Source: a virus
IMG/VR virus record: IMGVR_UViG_3300020371_000004
Coordinates: 1-64,000 of that record
Length of the DNA: 64,000 nt
Reading direction: 5' to 3' (one strand)
Part shown: positions 9,101 through 18,300 of the stretch, one piece after another
Layout: each line of letters begins with the position of its first letter
Numbering within the stretch: position 1 is the first letter of the stretch
The notes under the pieces: model-generated
The model's input: only the letters and a program-made list of their open reading frames with translations
Told to the model about the DNA's origin: nothing
Databases searched by the model: none
Translations under genes and position numbers: made by a program

Positions 9101-12100
9101 TCATACATTCTCTTATCCTCCAATTAGTTTAAAAATAGAAACATTATCTGGTATTGGTGCAACCTCAATCATTGAACCAAACTTTGAACCAATTGTTCTT
9201 GGTTCAATTGATAGTGTGTTTGTGGAAGATACAGGTGTTGGATATGGTGTATCTGATGTCATTAACTTCCATAGAAGACCCGATATCCAAATCAAAGACA
9301 TTAAATCTGAAGCACTATTGAGACCAATTGTTGTTAATGGTTCTATTGTCGATGTTCAATTCTTAACATTTGGTTCTGGATATGAAAAGGGTATTGACCT
9401 CGTAGTAACTGGAGATGGAACATTTGCAGATTTAAGACCTGTAGTTGATGATAATGGAAGAGTAGTAGCAGTAAATATTGCTAACGGTGGAATTGGATAT
9501 AATTCCGATACTACAGAGATAACTGTCACCAGAAGAGGTATTGATGCTAAATTCTTGGGTGATGTATTTGAGTGGAAAATCAATCAAGCAGAAAAACATA
9601 AGGAATTATTATCAACTCCTGATGAAGCTCTTATTGTTCCAAGTAAAGTAAAAGAATTTGGATTACATCCAGTCAACTTCTACACACCAAAGCTACTTAG
9701 AAGAACTTTAAAAGACCACATTGATGATTCCAATAGGGAAAAACCAGATAATACCCACTCTCCAATTGTTGGATGGGCTTATGATGGAAATCCAATTTAT
9801 GGACCATATGGTGCAGTTGGTTCTAGTATCCAGAAGATTAGATCTAGTTATGCGAAGAAAGTTGAACCCAATCCACTACTACGTCCTTCTACATTCCCCG
9901 AAGGATTCTTTTTGAATGACTTCTATTATGATAGAGCAATTGGTGACTTAGACGAATTTAATGGAAGATTCTGCAAAACTCCAGAATATCCTGATGGAAT
10001 TTATGCATATTTTACAACAATTGATAACAGTGCGGTTGCAAAACCAGAGTATCCATATGTTGTTGGTGAATTCTTTAGAGATTATGTAATTCCAAGGAAT
10101 TATGAACCAAATTTCAATCAAACAATCTCTATTGAAGATCTGAATTTGATTAGAAATACTTCACCATATTACTTAGACTCTGAAACATCAACATATGATT
10201 TGCTTCAAAAGTCTAACGAAAAGTATAAACAAGAATTCAGTGTCACTAGTACACTTAATTCTGGAATTGATGGAGTAAGCATATATTCTCCAGGAACAGG
10301 ATATAAAGTTGGTGATAATATTAACTTTAATAACTTTGGAACTGGTGGAACAGGTGCTTCTGGAGTTGTTTCAAGGATTAAGGGAAAACCCATTAACACT
10401 ATTGAAGTTGGAATTTCAACTCATACTGGAGTTAAGTTATTCACTACTGGAAATTCAGTTATTGGATTTACACAAGAACCACATGGATATGTTACTGGTG
10501 AAATAATTCAAGTTAGTGCAGTTTCTGATGCTGTTCAGGCAAATTTTGAGGGTTCTAGAGAAATTTTTGTTCCACAAAAAACAGTAAATCTACTTTCAGA
10601 TATTGATACACTAGCAGCAACTGGTTTAACTACTTCAATTACTGTTGGTGATGTTAATGGATTCAATACAAATGATTTTATTAGAATTGGTGAGCAAGAA
10701 ACTGCACAAATTGTTAGAATTTCACCAGAAGAATCTAAATTTACTGTAAATAGATTATCAAATTCTGGTATTCATACTGTTGGTATTTCTAGTATTACTT
10801 TACTTCCAACAGAGTTTAGATTTGGTTTAAGTGCAATTAAAAAGCAAATTCCACGCAATGATTTGTATTTCTTTGATGCAAAATCATTTATTGGATTTGG
10901 AACTCAAATTAATAATTATACTTTATCTGATGGAAAGAACTTACCAATTCCTCCAGGTGGAATTTATATCCCAAATCATAATTTCCAAACAGGACAGGAA
11001 TTAAAGTACCATGTTGGTTATGGTGGAACTGGAATTTATGCAGGTGGTCAGGCACTTCAGGATGGTTCAACAGTATATGCTATCAACCTTGGTGTAAACT
11101 TTGTTGGTCTATCAACAGCACCAAACGTAGTAACACCTCTTATCATCAATGATAATGCAGTTGTTACAGGTGCAGCACACTCCCTAGTATCAAATTATTC
11201 TAATGTAACTTGTAAAGTTGAAGAGTTTAGTTTGGATGTTGTTACTGACGGAGCACATAAATTAGAAACAGCAGAGAATGTAAAATTCAATCTTCTACCA
11301 AGACTAACTGATACTTTCAATGTAAGATATGACACTAAGTTAAGAAAATTAACAACAGAAAAAGTTGATTTTGATGCTACTCAAGGTGGTGTTAATATCT
11401 CTACCAATGAAATCAATCTACCCAATAATACTTTTGAAACGGGTGACAAGATTGCTTATTACGTTGGTTCTGGAACTACTATTGGTGGATTAGTTGATAA
11501 TCAAACTTATTTTGTAATTAAAGAAAAGCCAGACTTTATTAGATTATCCGATTTCTTTATCAATGCAAATAATGGTGTTGGAATTTCTCTTACTTCTTAT
11601 GGAACTGGAACCCAACAATTTGCAAAGATTAATCCACCTCTCACTGGAACTAAGCAAAATATAATTAAATTTGACTTATCCGACCCCAGTTTGACTGGAA
11701 TGGATTTGAGAATATTTAAGGATAGCAGTCTATCAATTGACTTAGAAACATACAGATATAGAAGAAATTCTATTGAATCTGGTCTTCCTGGTGCAGAATT
11801 GATTATTGATTCATCTGAAGAGTTTATTGGTAATACTCTTTTCTATAATATTATCCCATTAGCACCAAGTGTAGTTGAAAAACGTCAGTCTTCTGCAGAT
11901 ACTGAGGTTGTTGGAAATAATAAAATTATTCTAAAACCAAGTATTTTCAATCAACAATACTCTGTTGTCTCTATTGGTACTACTACATTCAAGTTTAATC
12001 TAAAAGACAAACCAGAATACTTTAATTACACTGTGAATAGTGGTGTTAGTACTATTTTCTATGATACAGACTCCAGAACTACTGATGGTCCAATTTCTGA

Positions 12101-13871
12101 TATTAAAGTTAATTTTGAAGGAAGAGGATATAGTAAAATTCCAAGAATTGATACGATTGACAGTGATTCTGGTTCTGATGCTGTTATCAAAGCATCATCA
12201 AATACAATTGGTAAAATTGACCTGATTGAAAGGGTTAAGGATGGATTTGATTATCCAACGGACCCAACATTGAGACCAATTCTTAGTGTTCCAGCAGTTT
12301 GTCAGATTAAGGACATTGCTAGAATTGATAATATTGGAATTACGACTGGAGGTAAAGGATACCAGGTTGCTCCAACTCTGAAAGTCATTGGAAATGATGA
12401 TATTGAACTGGAAGCATCAATTCAAGGTGGTAGTGTAACTAATGTTGTAGTCAATAGAAATACTAAAAATCTAAATGGTCCACTAAAAATCGTTGCAACA
12501 CGAAATTCTAATGGATATGACATTGATGATATTACTTACAATATTAGTCAAAATGAAGTTACTCTTGAACTAGTAAACTCAGACTCACAAATCTACCCTC
12601 TAAGTGGAGAATTCCCATTTGAGGTTGGAGATGAGATTTTTGTTGAAAATACAAGAATTTCTGATGCAGATACTAAAAATGGTTATAATTCTTCTGATTA
12701 TAACTATAGATTCTTTGTTGTAAGTGGAATTAGCACAACTAATTTTACAGTCACTTACAGTATGAATGGATTTGGTACAAATCTTGGTGACTACAATACA
12801 GATATCAATTATGGTTATGTAATAAACAAGAAAGATATCGCAACTTTCAAGATGAACATCATTGATGACCTTGGGTATTTCTCTGGTGAAAATGTCATTG
12901 GTTATAACTCTCTAAACCAGCAGGTATTCTCTGCTAAAGTCATGGAGAGTGGATGGGATAATAAAATTAACCAATTGAGACTTATTGACAGTGAAGGTGT
13001 ACTAAAACCTGGTGATAAACTATTAGGTAGTAGGTCTAGATTGTTTGGTACAGTTGAAACTGCTTCCCAATTTAATCTAACAGCTGAACTTCATACTACC
13101 AGAGAGAAAGTCAATGACCTTAAGGATAATGCTGGTTACTTAAATGATTATCAACAAAGAATTGCTGATAATGATTATTATCAAAAGTTCTCATATGCAT
13201 TGAAATCTGAACTTTCTTATGAAAGATGGAGAGAGTCTGTTAGATCATTGGTTCACCCAGCAGGATTTAAGGAATTCTCTGACCTTGATGTTATTTCCAA
13301 CACATCTTCAACAGGTCAAAATATGAAGGTTGGTGTTGGTGATTCTTCACTAAATGTGCTCATCAATGTAGATGGTGGTGGGTCCATGTATGCAAGAAAT
13401 AACTTTGCAATGGTTACTGAGGATGAAATTCTACCAAATGGCACCATTGAACGTATTTTCTTCCCAGAGGGAGTAAATCTCAGACCATATATTCTCAATA
13501 AGACCAATAAAGTTCTGGCAATTGATGATATAAGTTCAAAATTCACTGGATTTACAACTACTACTGGTGGTCAAATAGTTGGACTAACAACATTCTCACT
13601 TACAAATAAAGGATTCCCACTATTCTATAGAGAGTTTGATGGTGGTAATGAGACAAACTTTGATATACAAAGTGATAGATTTACATTCCAGAATCACAAT
13701 TTCCAGTCTGGGCAGACTCTTAAGTATGTGACTAAAGATGTTCTTAGAACACCAGTTGGAATTGCTAATACTTTTGTTGAAAATTCTTTCTCATATCCAT
13801 CACCAACAAATACATTTGATTCTCCATTCGATAGTTATGATTCAACTGTCAGAACATTCGATGAGAATTAA
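6105..13871 (+). CDS. gp7: giant baseplate wedge initiator gp7-like protein with a YHYH-type domain
   Basis: N-terminal QIPEF..EDSPLFREFL..YY and FYTTKGTDTSYKLLFRALYG; HSPIVGWAYDGNPIYGPYG..DLDEFNGRFCKTPEYPDGIYAYF; C-terminal YYQKFSYALKS..LVHPAGFKEF; lies between gp6 and gp8. Confidence 0.85.
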   Translation: MSDNRVTIQHIIETQIPEFLNEDSPLFREFLDAYYVSQEHKTGTIDLAARLPELKDLKAYNNELFASALVPSLLAAEVTAFDTDISVSHTIGFPDKDGLIRIDNEIIYYKSKSANGFSGCSRAFSGITNILENAVSNYSETDLAPHSAGSQVTNLSLIFYAELFEKFKSQFLPGFEERQFVPQVEISNVLARAVDFYTTKGTDTSYKLLFRALYGENVEVIKPQEFLLRPSDDSFFRTKNILVEKISGSDPLELNGKTLYQEVGNVEPATAAIFVVEYRPVDNKDLYEISLDSSSFIYNFKTTKKTNISKPVSVNSTTINVDSTIGFPNTGTLTVTDGNSFFNVSYTERTNNQFLGCSGIVSEIPFGSEVLEANFAYVYDDNGDKVEFRLINVIGNINYEKTSNLLKGDKISLSSFGAELSDKPEFNTWIYNNVTNHKIKSISLANASSGNRYRIEFFDNINFFLDQEVILKQIEIATDSGIPGVVQNLISDRIVEVECSTSPLDKDTLTTSLMLGKSDQNATPSVSTIPIAIQNTYIDERNENFYVAASGLPNYTLFTKEQVITTSTQVSVGNTDVLDTDRVHKFYTGEKIYYTPNTNSGIDTGIYHVTTVGDVKDSKKVKLSLSKSDLYSKKYITFRDISGDSFVKLDYENRVVENQKLFKKFNFVKGDPSLREVATRTTNNRQIGLLVNGIEVYSPSLFDENIYYGKLESILVTNPGSGYDVINPPELEIKDTQGTGAKAYLNISGGLSDIRIVTPGIGYQTKPKITLVGGNGKGAVIEPNLVKSQIVAGFQGDGTGVNPTTDIISFINKHNFDNGEQVSYITNGNAELRPFKEDSVYFVGVESPTEIKLYDKESDALQKVNPVNIVGISSGFHSFKTLEAKNTITQLYVLNSGSGYSNKIVKIPSLIAFDGTNNGVNTWDHYIHATDHKFKDKDIVRYSTTGDVISGLSTSNEYVITVVSKDTFKLSDIGGTDEFFDVNHREKRYININGIGTGVHTFSYPPISLKIETLSGIGATSIIEPNFEPIVLGSIDSVFVEDTGVGYGVSDVINFHRRPDIQIKDIKSEALLRPIVVNGSIVDVQFLTFGSGYEKGIDLVVTGDGTFADLRPVVDDNGRVVAVNIANGGIGYNSDTTEITVTRRGIDAKFLGDVFEWKINQAEKHKELLSTPDEALIVPSKVKEFGLHPVNFYTPKLLRRTLKDHIDDSNREKPDNTHSPIVGWAYDGNPIYGPYGAVGSSIQKIRSSYAKKVEPNPLLRPSTFPEGFFLNDFYYDRAIGDLDEFNGRFCKTPEYPDGIYAYFTTIDNSAVAKPEYPYVVGEFFRDYVIPRNYEPNFNQTISIEDLNLIRNTSPYYLDSETSTYDLLQKSNEKYKQEFSVTSTLNSGIDGVSIYSPGTGYKVGDNINFNNFGTGGTGASGVVSRIKGKPINTIEVGISTHTGVKLFTTGNSVIGFTQEPHGYVTGEIIQVSAVSDAVQANFEGSREIFVPQKTVNLLSDIDTLAATGLTTSITVGDVNGFNTNDFIRIGEQETAQIVRISPEESKFTVNRLSNSGIHTVGISSITLLPTEFRFGLSAIKKQIPRNDLYFFDAKSFIGFGTQINNYTLSDGKNLPIPPGGIYIPNHNFQTGQELKYHVGYGGTGIYAGGQALQDGSTVYAINLGVNFVGLSTAPNVVTPLIINDNAVVTGAAHSLVSNYSNVTCKVEEFSLDVVTDGAHKLETAENVKFNLLPRLTDTFNVRYDTKLRKLTTEKVDFDATQGGVNISTNEINLPNNTFETGDKIAYYVGSGTTIGGLVDNQTYFVIKEKPDFIRLSDFFINANNGVGISLTSYGTGTQQFAKINPPLTGTKQNIIKFDLSDPSLTGMDLRIFKDSSLSIDLETYRYRRNSIESGLPGAELIIDSSEEFIGNTLFYNIIPLAPSVVEKRQSSADTEVVGNNKIILKPSIFNQQYSVVSIGTTTFKFNLKDKPEYFNYTVNSGVSTIFYDTDSRTTDGPISDIKVNFEGRGYSKIPRIDTIDSDSGSDAVIKASSNTIGKIDLIERVKDGFDYPTDPTLRPILSVPAVCQIKDIARIDNIGITTGGKGYQVAPTLKVIGNDDIELEASIQGGSVTNVVVNRNTKNLNGPLKIVATRNSNGYDIDDITYNISQNEVTLELVNSDSQIYPLSGEFPFEVGDEIFVENTRISDADTKNGYNSSDYNYRFFVVSGISTTNFTVTYSMNGFGTNLGDYNTDINYGYVINKKDIATFKMNIIDDLGYFSGENVIGYNSLNQQVFSAKVMESGWDNKINQLRLIDSEGVLKPGDKLLGSRSRLFGTVETASQFNLTAELHTTREKVNDLKDNAGYLNDYQQRIADNDYYQKFSYALKSELSYERWRESVRSLVHPAGFKEFSDLDVISNTSSTGQNMKVGVGDSSLNVLINVDGGGSMYARNNFAMVTEDEILPNGTIERIFFPEGVNLRPYILNKTNKVLAIDDISSKFTGFTTTTGGQIVGLTTFSLTNKGFPLFYREFDGGNETNFDIQSDRFTFQNHNFQSGQTLKYVTKDVLRTPVGIANTFVENSFSYPSPTNTFDSPFDSYDSTVRTFDEN

Positions 13872-13874
13872 CAG

Positions 13875-13881
13875 ATAAATA
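13875..13881 (+). promoter_or_regulatory. late promoter
   Basis: ATAAATA in a short intergenic gap. Confidence 0.65.
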
Positions 13882-13902
13882 AAAGAAAAAGTATCGTGTG
13901 CA

Positions 13903-15318
13903 ATGGCGAAATTAGGGATAAATACTGGTTCCACTCCAAATGATGGCACTGGTGACTCATTATTGAGTGGTGCTATAAAAGTTAATTCCAATTTTGACGA
14001 GATTTACGCCGCATTGGGTGATGGTTCTTCAATCACCAACTCCATCGACTTTGCGGTTGTTGCTGGTTACTCTACGGCATCTGGTATTGCTACCTATGCC
14101 GTTAATTCTGGTGTCTCTACATATGCAATAACAGCAGGTGTAGCAACTAATTCTAGTCTTGCTTCCGTTGCATCGTATGCTTTTTCTGCTGGAATTGCAA
14201 CAGAAGCACTATTTGCTGGTGGATTAGGTGGAACTCCAGATATTATTGTTGGTGATGTAACTGCATCTACATTAACTGGAGCAGGAGAAAGAATTTCTGG
14301 TATTGTCACATACCTCGTTGCTGGTGATAATATTGGAATTGATACTAATTTTGGTCAAGTTACCATTAATAATAACAAACCAGATGATTTCCCATCAAAA
14401 TGGGTTCAATCTGGTGTTGGAATTCATACCTTTGCAAATGTTGGTCTTGGTACAGATAATCCACTTGCAGACTTCCATGTTCATAGTTCCAATGCGAAGT
14501 TTACAGATGGAAGTACTTTAAGTTTGGATGATAACAATCCAATTAACTTTGGTTCTTCTGGTGCTTCTGACTCTACAGTATTCTTTGATGGTAATGAATT
14601 AGTTCTAAAATCTGGATCAAAAATTAGTATTAAAGGTGCAAATACCAAGATACTTGATGCACCTAATGCTGAAGGTCCAATTCTTTATTACAATGGTGTA
14701 GAAAAACTCCAAATACAGCAAACTGGAGTTGATATTACAGGAAAAACAGAAATTTCTAGTGATATCAATGTAGTAGGTGTTGCAACTGCTAGTGAGTTCC
14801 ATGGTGATGGTTCCAATCTCACAGCACTTCGTGCTGAGCAACTTGAAGGTGGTCCTCTGCCAGTGCTTGATGGTCAAGCATTGACTGGAATTGCAACAAT
14901 GCGTTCTAAGGTATCTGTAGCAGCAACTGCTTATGGTGTTATCTTTACTGGAGTTGGATTTACTGAGTTTGAAGCATACAATACTTACTCACTCTTAAAA
15001 ATTGGTGTTAGTACATCCAATGTTAGAGTTAGATTGTATGCTGATATTACATCAAGAAACAACGATACTGGTAGAGCAGTTGGTGCAGCATATTCCACAA
15101 GTGTCCATCTAATCCATGATGAATTCATTGGAGAGACAGCAGAATCTTACTCTCCACTTGGAACTTATGGTAAGAGACAAGTAATTGCACCAGCAATTAC
15201 TGGATTTAATATGGAAGATGGTAATAGAGATGGAAAAATCTATGCAACATTTGATAATTACACTGGTTTTGCAACCGATATCACTACAGTTCTAGAAATT
15301 GTAAGATTAGAATTCTGA
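13903..15318 (+). CDS. baseplate/fibre connector-like protein with a gp9/gp10-type N-terminus
   Basis: MAKLGINTGSTPNDGTGDSLLSGAIKVNSNFDEIY matches the T4 gp9/gp10 N-terminal motif; fibre-like middle (NVGLGTDNP, FHGDGSNLT). Confidence 0.7.
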   Translation: MAKLGINTGSTPNDGTGDSLLSGAIKVNSNFDEIYAALGDGSSITNSIDFAVVAGYSTASGIATYAVNSGVSTYAITAGVATNSSLASVASYAFSAGIATEALFAGGLGGTPDIIVGDVTASTLTGAGERISGIVTYLVAGDNIGIDTNFGQVTINNNKPDDFPSKWVQSGVGIHTFANVGLGTDNPLADFHVHSSNAKFTDGSTLSLDDNNPINFGSSGASDSTVFFDGNELVLKSGSKISIKGANTKILDAPNAEGPILYYNGVEKLQIQQTGVDITGKTEISSDINVVGVATASEFHGDGSNLTALRAEQLEGGPLPVLDGQALTGIATMRSKVSVAATAYGVIFTGVGFTEFEAYNTYSLLKIGVSTSNVRVRLYADITSRNNDTGRAVGAAYSTSVHLIHDEFIGETAESYSPLGTYGKRQVIAPAITGFNMEDGNRDGKIYATFDNYTGFATDITTVLEIVRLEF

Positions 15319-15351
15319 TAATGAGCAATAGTCAATAACGAGTAAAATAAT

Positions 15352-18300
15352 ATGAGAACAGTACCAGGATCAGGAGCACAATTTACTCCAATATTTAACT
15401 CCGACTATGGTGTAGAGTCCTTCATTGTAGGGGCTGGTGGAACAGATTATGATCCAAATGACCCACCAAAGATTGAGATTGATGAAACGAATGTACCTAT
15501 ACAAGAGGGTGTATTTTTTCCTATCATTAGGAATGGTGAAATCGTAAGGATTGCAGTATTAGAAAAAGGATTTGGATACTCACCACTTATTCTTGCTGGT
15601 GGCAGAAAAGTTGGTATCGCAACAACTTCATTTGTAGAGAGTTCTCTTCTTGTTAGAACTGGTGTTGGAACTGAAGTTTCTGTCTCTGTTGCAAGTACTG
15701 ATTCTCATGTAATCATGGCAGTTGAGGGTAGTGAAGGTTCTTCTATCCTTGAAAATGGTTACAATAAAACAATCACACAATCTGGTTATGCTGGAACATC
15801 AGCACCTGTTGTTCCAGATGGTAGTAGCAATCAAAATGCATTTTACGGGTTTACTCATCCATTTGAATCTTATGCAACCAGTGGTGTAGGAACTGGTTCT
15901 AAGTACAATGTATTCATTGTTTATGACTCTGGCACTGGTAATGCAATATCAACATCAATCGTTCTTAGAGAGGGTGGTAATGGGTATGCAGTAGGGGATA
16001 CTGTGTCTATTGCAGGAACCTATATGGGTGGTCAAACTCCTGCTAATGACCTTACATTTACGGTAAGTGCTGTTGCAAATACAAGAATTCCAGCACAAGC
16101 AAATGTAGTATATTCTGACTTGGAAGCAGAAACTATAGTTGGTTCTGGAACAAGTGCAATATTTGAGATTTCAAGAGATGGTCTTGGTGATATTACCGAT
16201 ATTAGTGTAACTAACGGTGGTCGTGAATATGAAATGACCAGTCTGCTGAAGATTTTAGGAACAGCAGTTGGTGGTGTAACACCTCAAGATGATATTTTCC
16301 TTTCACCAAAGGTTCTTGGTGCAGATAAGTTACCACAAAAATTATATGTTAGAAAGTTAGATAATAATACGTTCACAGTTTCGGGTCTATCTACATCATC
16401 AAAACTTGATATCACCTCTGTTGGTGAAGGAACTCATACTCTTGAGTATGAAGATTCAAATGAAAGTAGTATAATTTCCATTGATAATATAGTACAAAAT
16501 CCTCTCTATAGGAGAGACCTTTCTGTAGGATTGGCACAGACAGTTGGATATACAAGTAGTACGATTTATCTTACTGGAATAAGTTCAATCACTGTTGCAG
16601 ATACCATTCAGGTAGGTTCCGAATTCTTTAAAATTAATACTATTGGTCTTGGTGCTACAAACGAGTTTGGAGTAACTAGAGGGTACTTGGGTACTAGAGT
16701 TGATTACCATGCTGTTGGAACGGCAGTAACTATCCATAGAGGGGATTATAATATTGTTAATGATGAAATTCACTTTACTACTGCACCATATGGTCCAGTA
16801 GGACCAGAAGGATTAAAGGTCAACTCAACATTTAGTGGAAGAGCATTTAGTAGAAGGTTTGATCCAGGAACTCCAAATGATAGAAACGTCATCTTTGATG
16901 ACCTGTCAACACAATTTGTTGGTGCGTCATCAACTGAGTTTGTATTGAGAACAAATGAGGAAAGAATTGTTGGCATCTACACAGATACAAATACAGTTTT
17001 AGCAAGTGGAATTGATGTTAATAATAATCCATTAGTATTCATCAATAATGTTCCACAGATTTCAGGAACTGATTTTACTGTTGATAATGACAACGATGGT
17101 AATAATAGAATAAGATTCCTTACTGGAACACCTTCTGCTGGTAGAATTGTTAGAACTGGATTAACTAGTGGTACTGGTTATGCTCCATTAATTGGTGCTG
17201 GTGCAACTGTAACAATTACTGGTGGTCAGATTACTGATATTCATCTAAGAGGTTCTGGTAGTGGATATAGAAATCAACCAGAAATCTCTTTAAGTGCTGC
17301 TGCAGGTGCAGGTGCTGCATTTACTTGTACTGTTGGTGCAGGAGGAACAATATCATCTATCAGTGTTGTAAATGCTGGTGCTGGTTATACTGCTGGTGCA
17401 GAAGTTAATATTGGAATTCCATCAAACTATTTCTCTGTTCCACTGGTCTATGCCAATGGTTATACTGGAAATGGAGAGGGTGCTAAAGCAGATTTACAAG
17501 TTGGTAATAGTGGTGACATAATTTCGTTTATGATGTCAGACCCTGGTGAATTCTATAGAGTTCAGGATGTTTTAACTCCAGATACATCATCTAATGGTTT
17601 AGTCACTTCAACTTCTGGAACCTTTACAGAGTTCTTAGTTGAAGTTGAAGATATCATGACTGACAAGTTTAGTGGATTCTATCCTGGTCAATTTATTCAA
17701 TTTGATAATATTGAAAGATTCTTCAATGGTTCAAAGAGGAAGTTTACCCTAACTGTTTCTCAAGGAGGAGAAACAGAAATTTTGAGTCTTAAAATAGACC
17801 CAACAAGTGACATGGATTTGGCACAAAACATGTTTGTGTACATTAATGATATTCTCCAAGCACCAAACCAGTCATATGATTTTGATGGATCTAGAATCGT
17901 ATTTACTGAACCACCAGTGCCAAATTCTAAATGCACAATTTTGTATTATAGAGGTTCTGACTTAGATGTTGAGCAGGTAGACCCACCAAGAACAATTAAA
18001 GAGGGTGATGGTGTTCAAATTGGAGATAATGTTTTAGATCCAAAGGATAGACCACAGTTTGAACGTATTGTTAAGAAGATTATTTCTTCAAACTCACTAG
18101 ATACATTTACATATGATAGTATTGGAATCAATACAGATCCAACTGCCGAACGTCCTATAAGATGGACAAAACAGACAGAAGATAAGATTATTAATGGTGT
18201 TCTTTACTCTAAAGCTAGACCAGACCTTAAATCTCGTGTAGAACCTACTGCAAAGTTAATTAAAACATTAACTCCTGGTGCAAACGAAATTTATGTTGAT

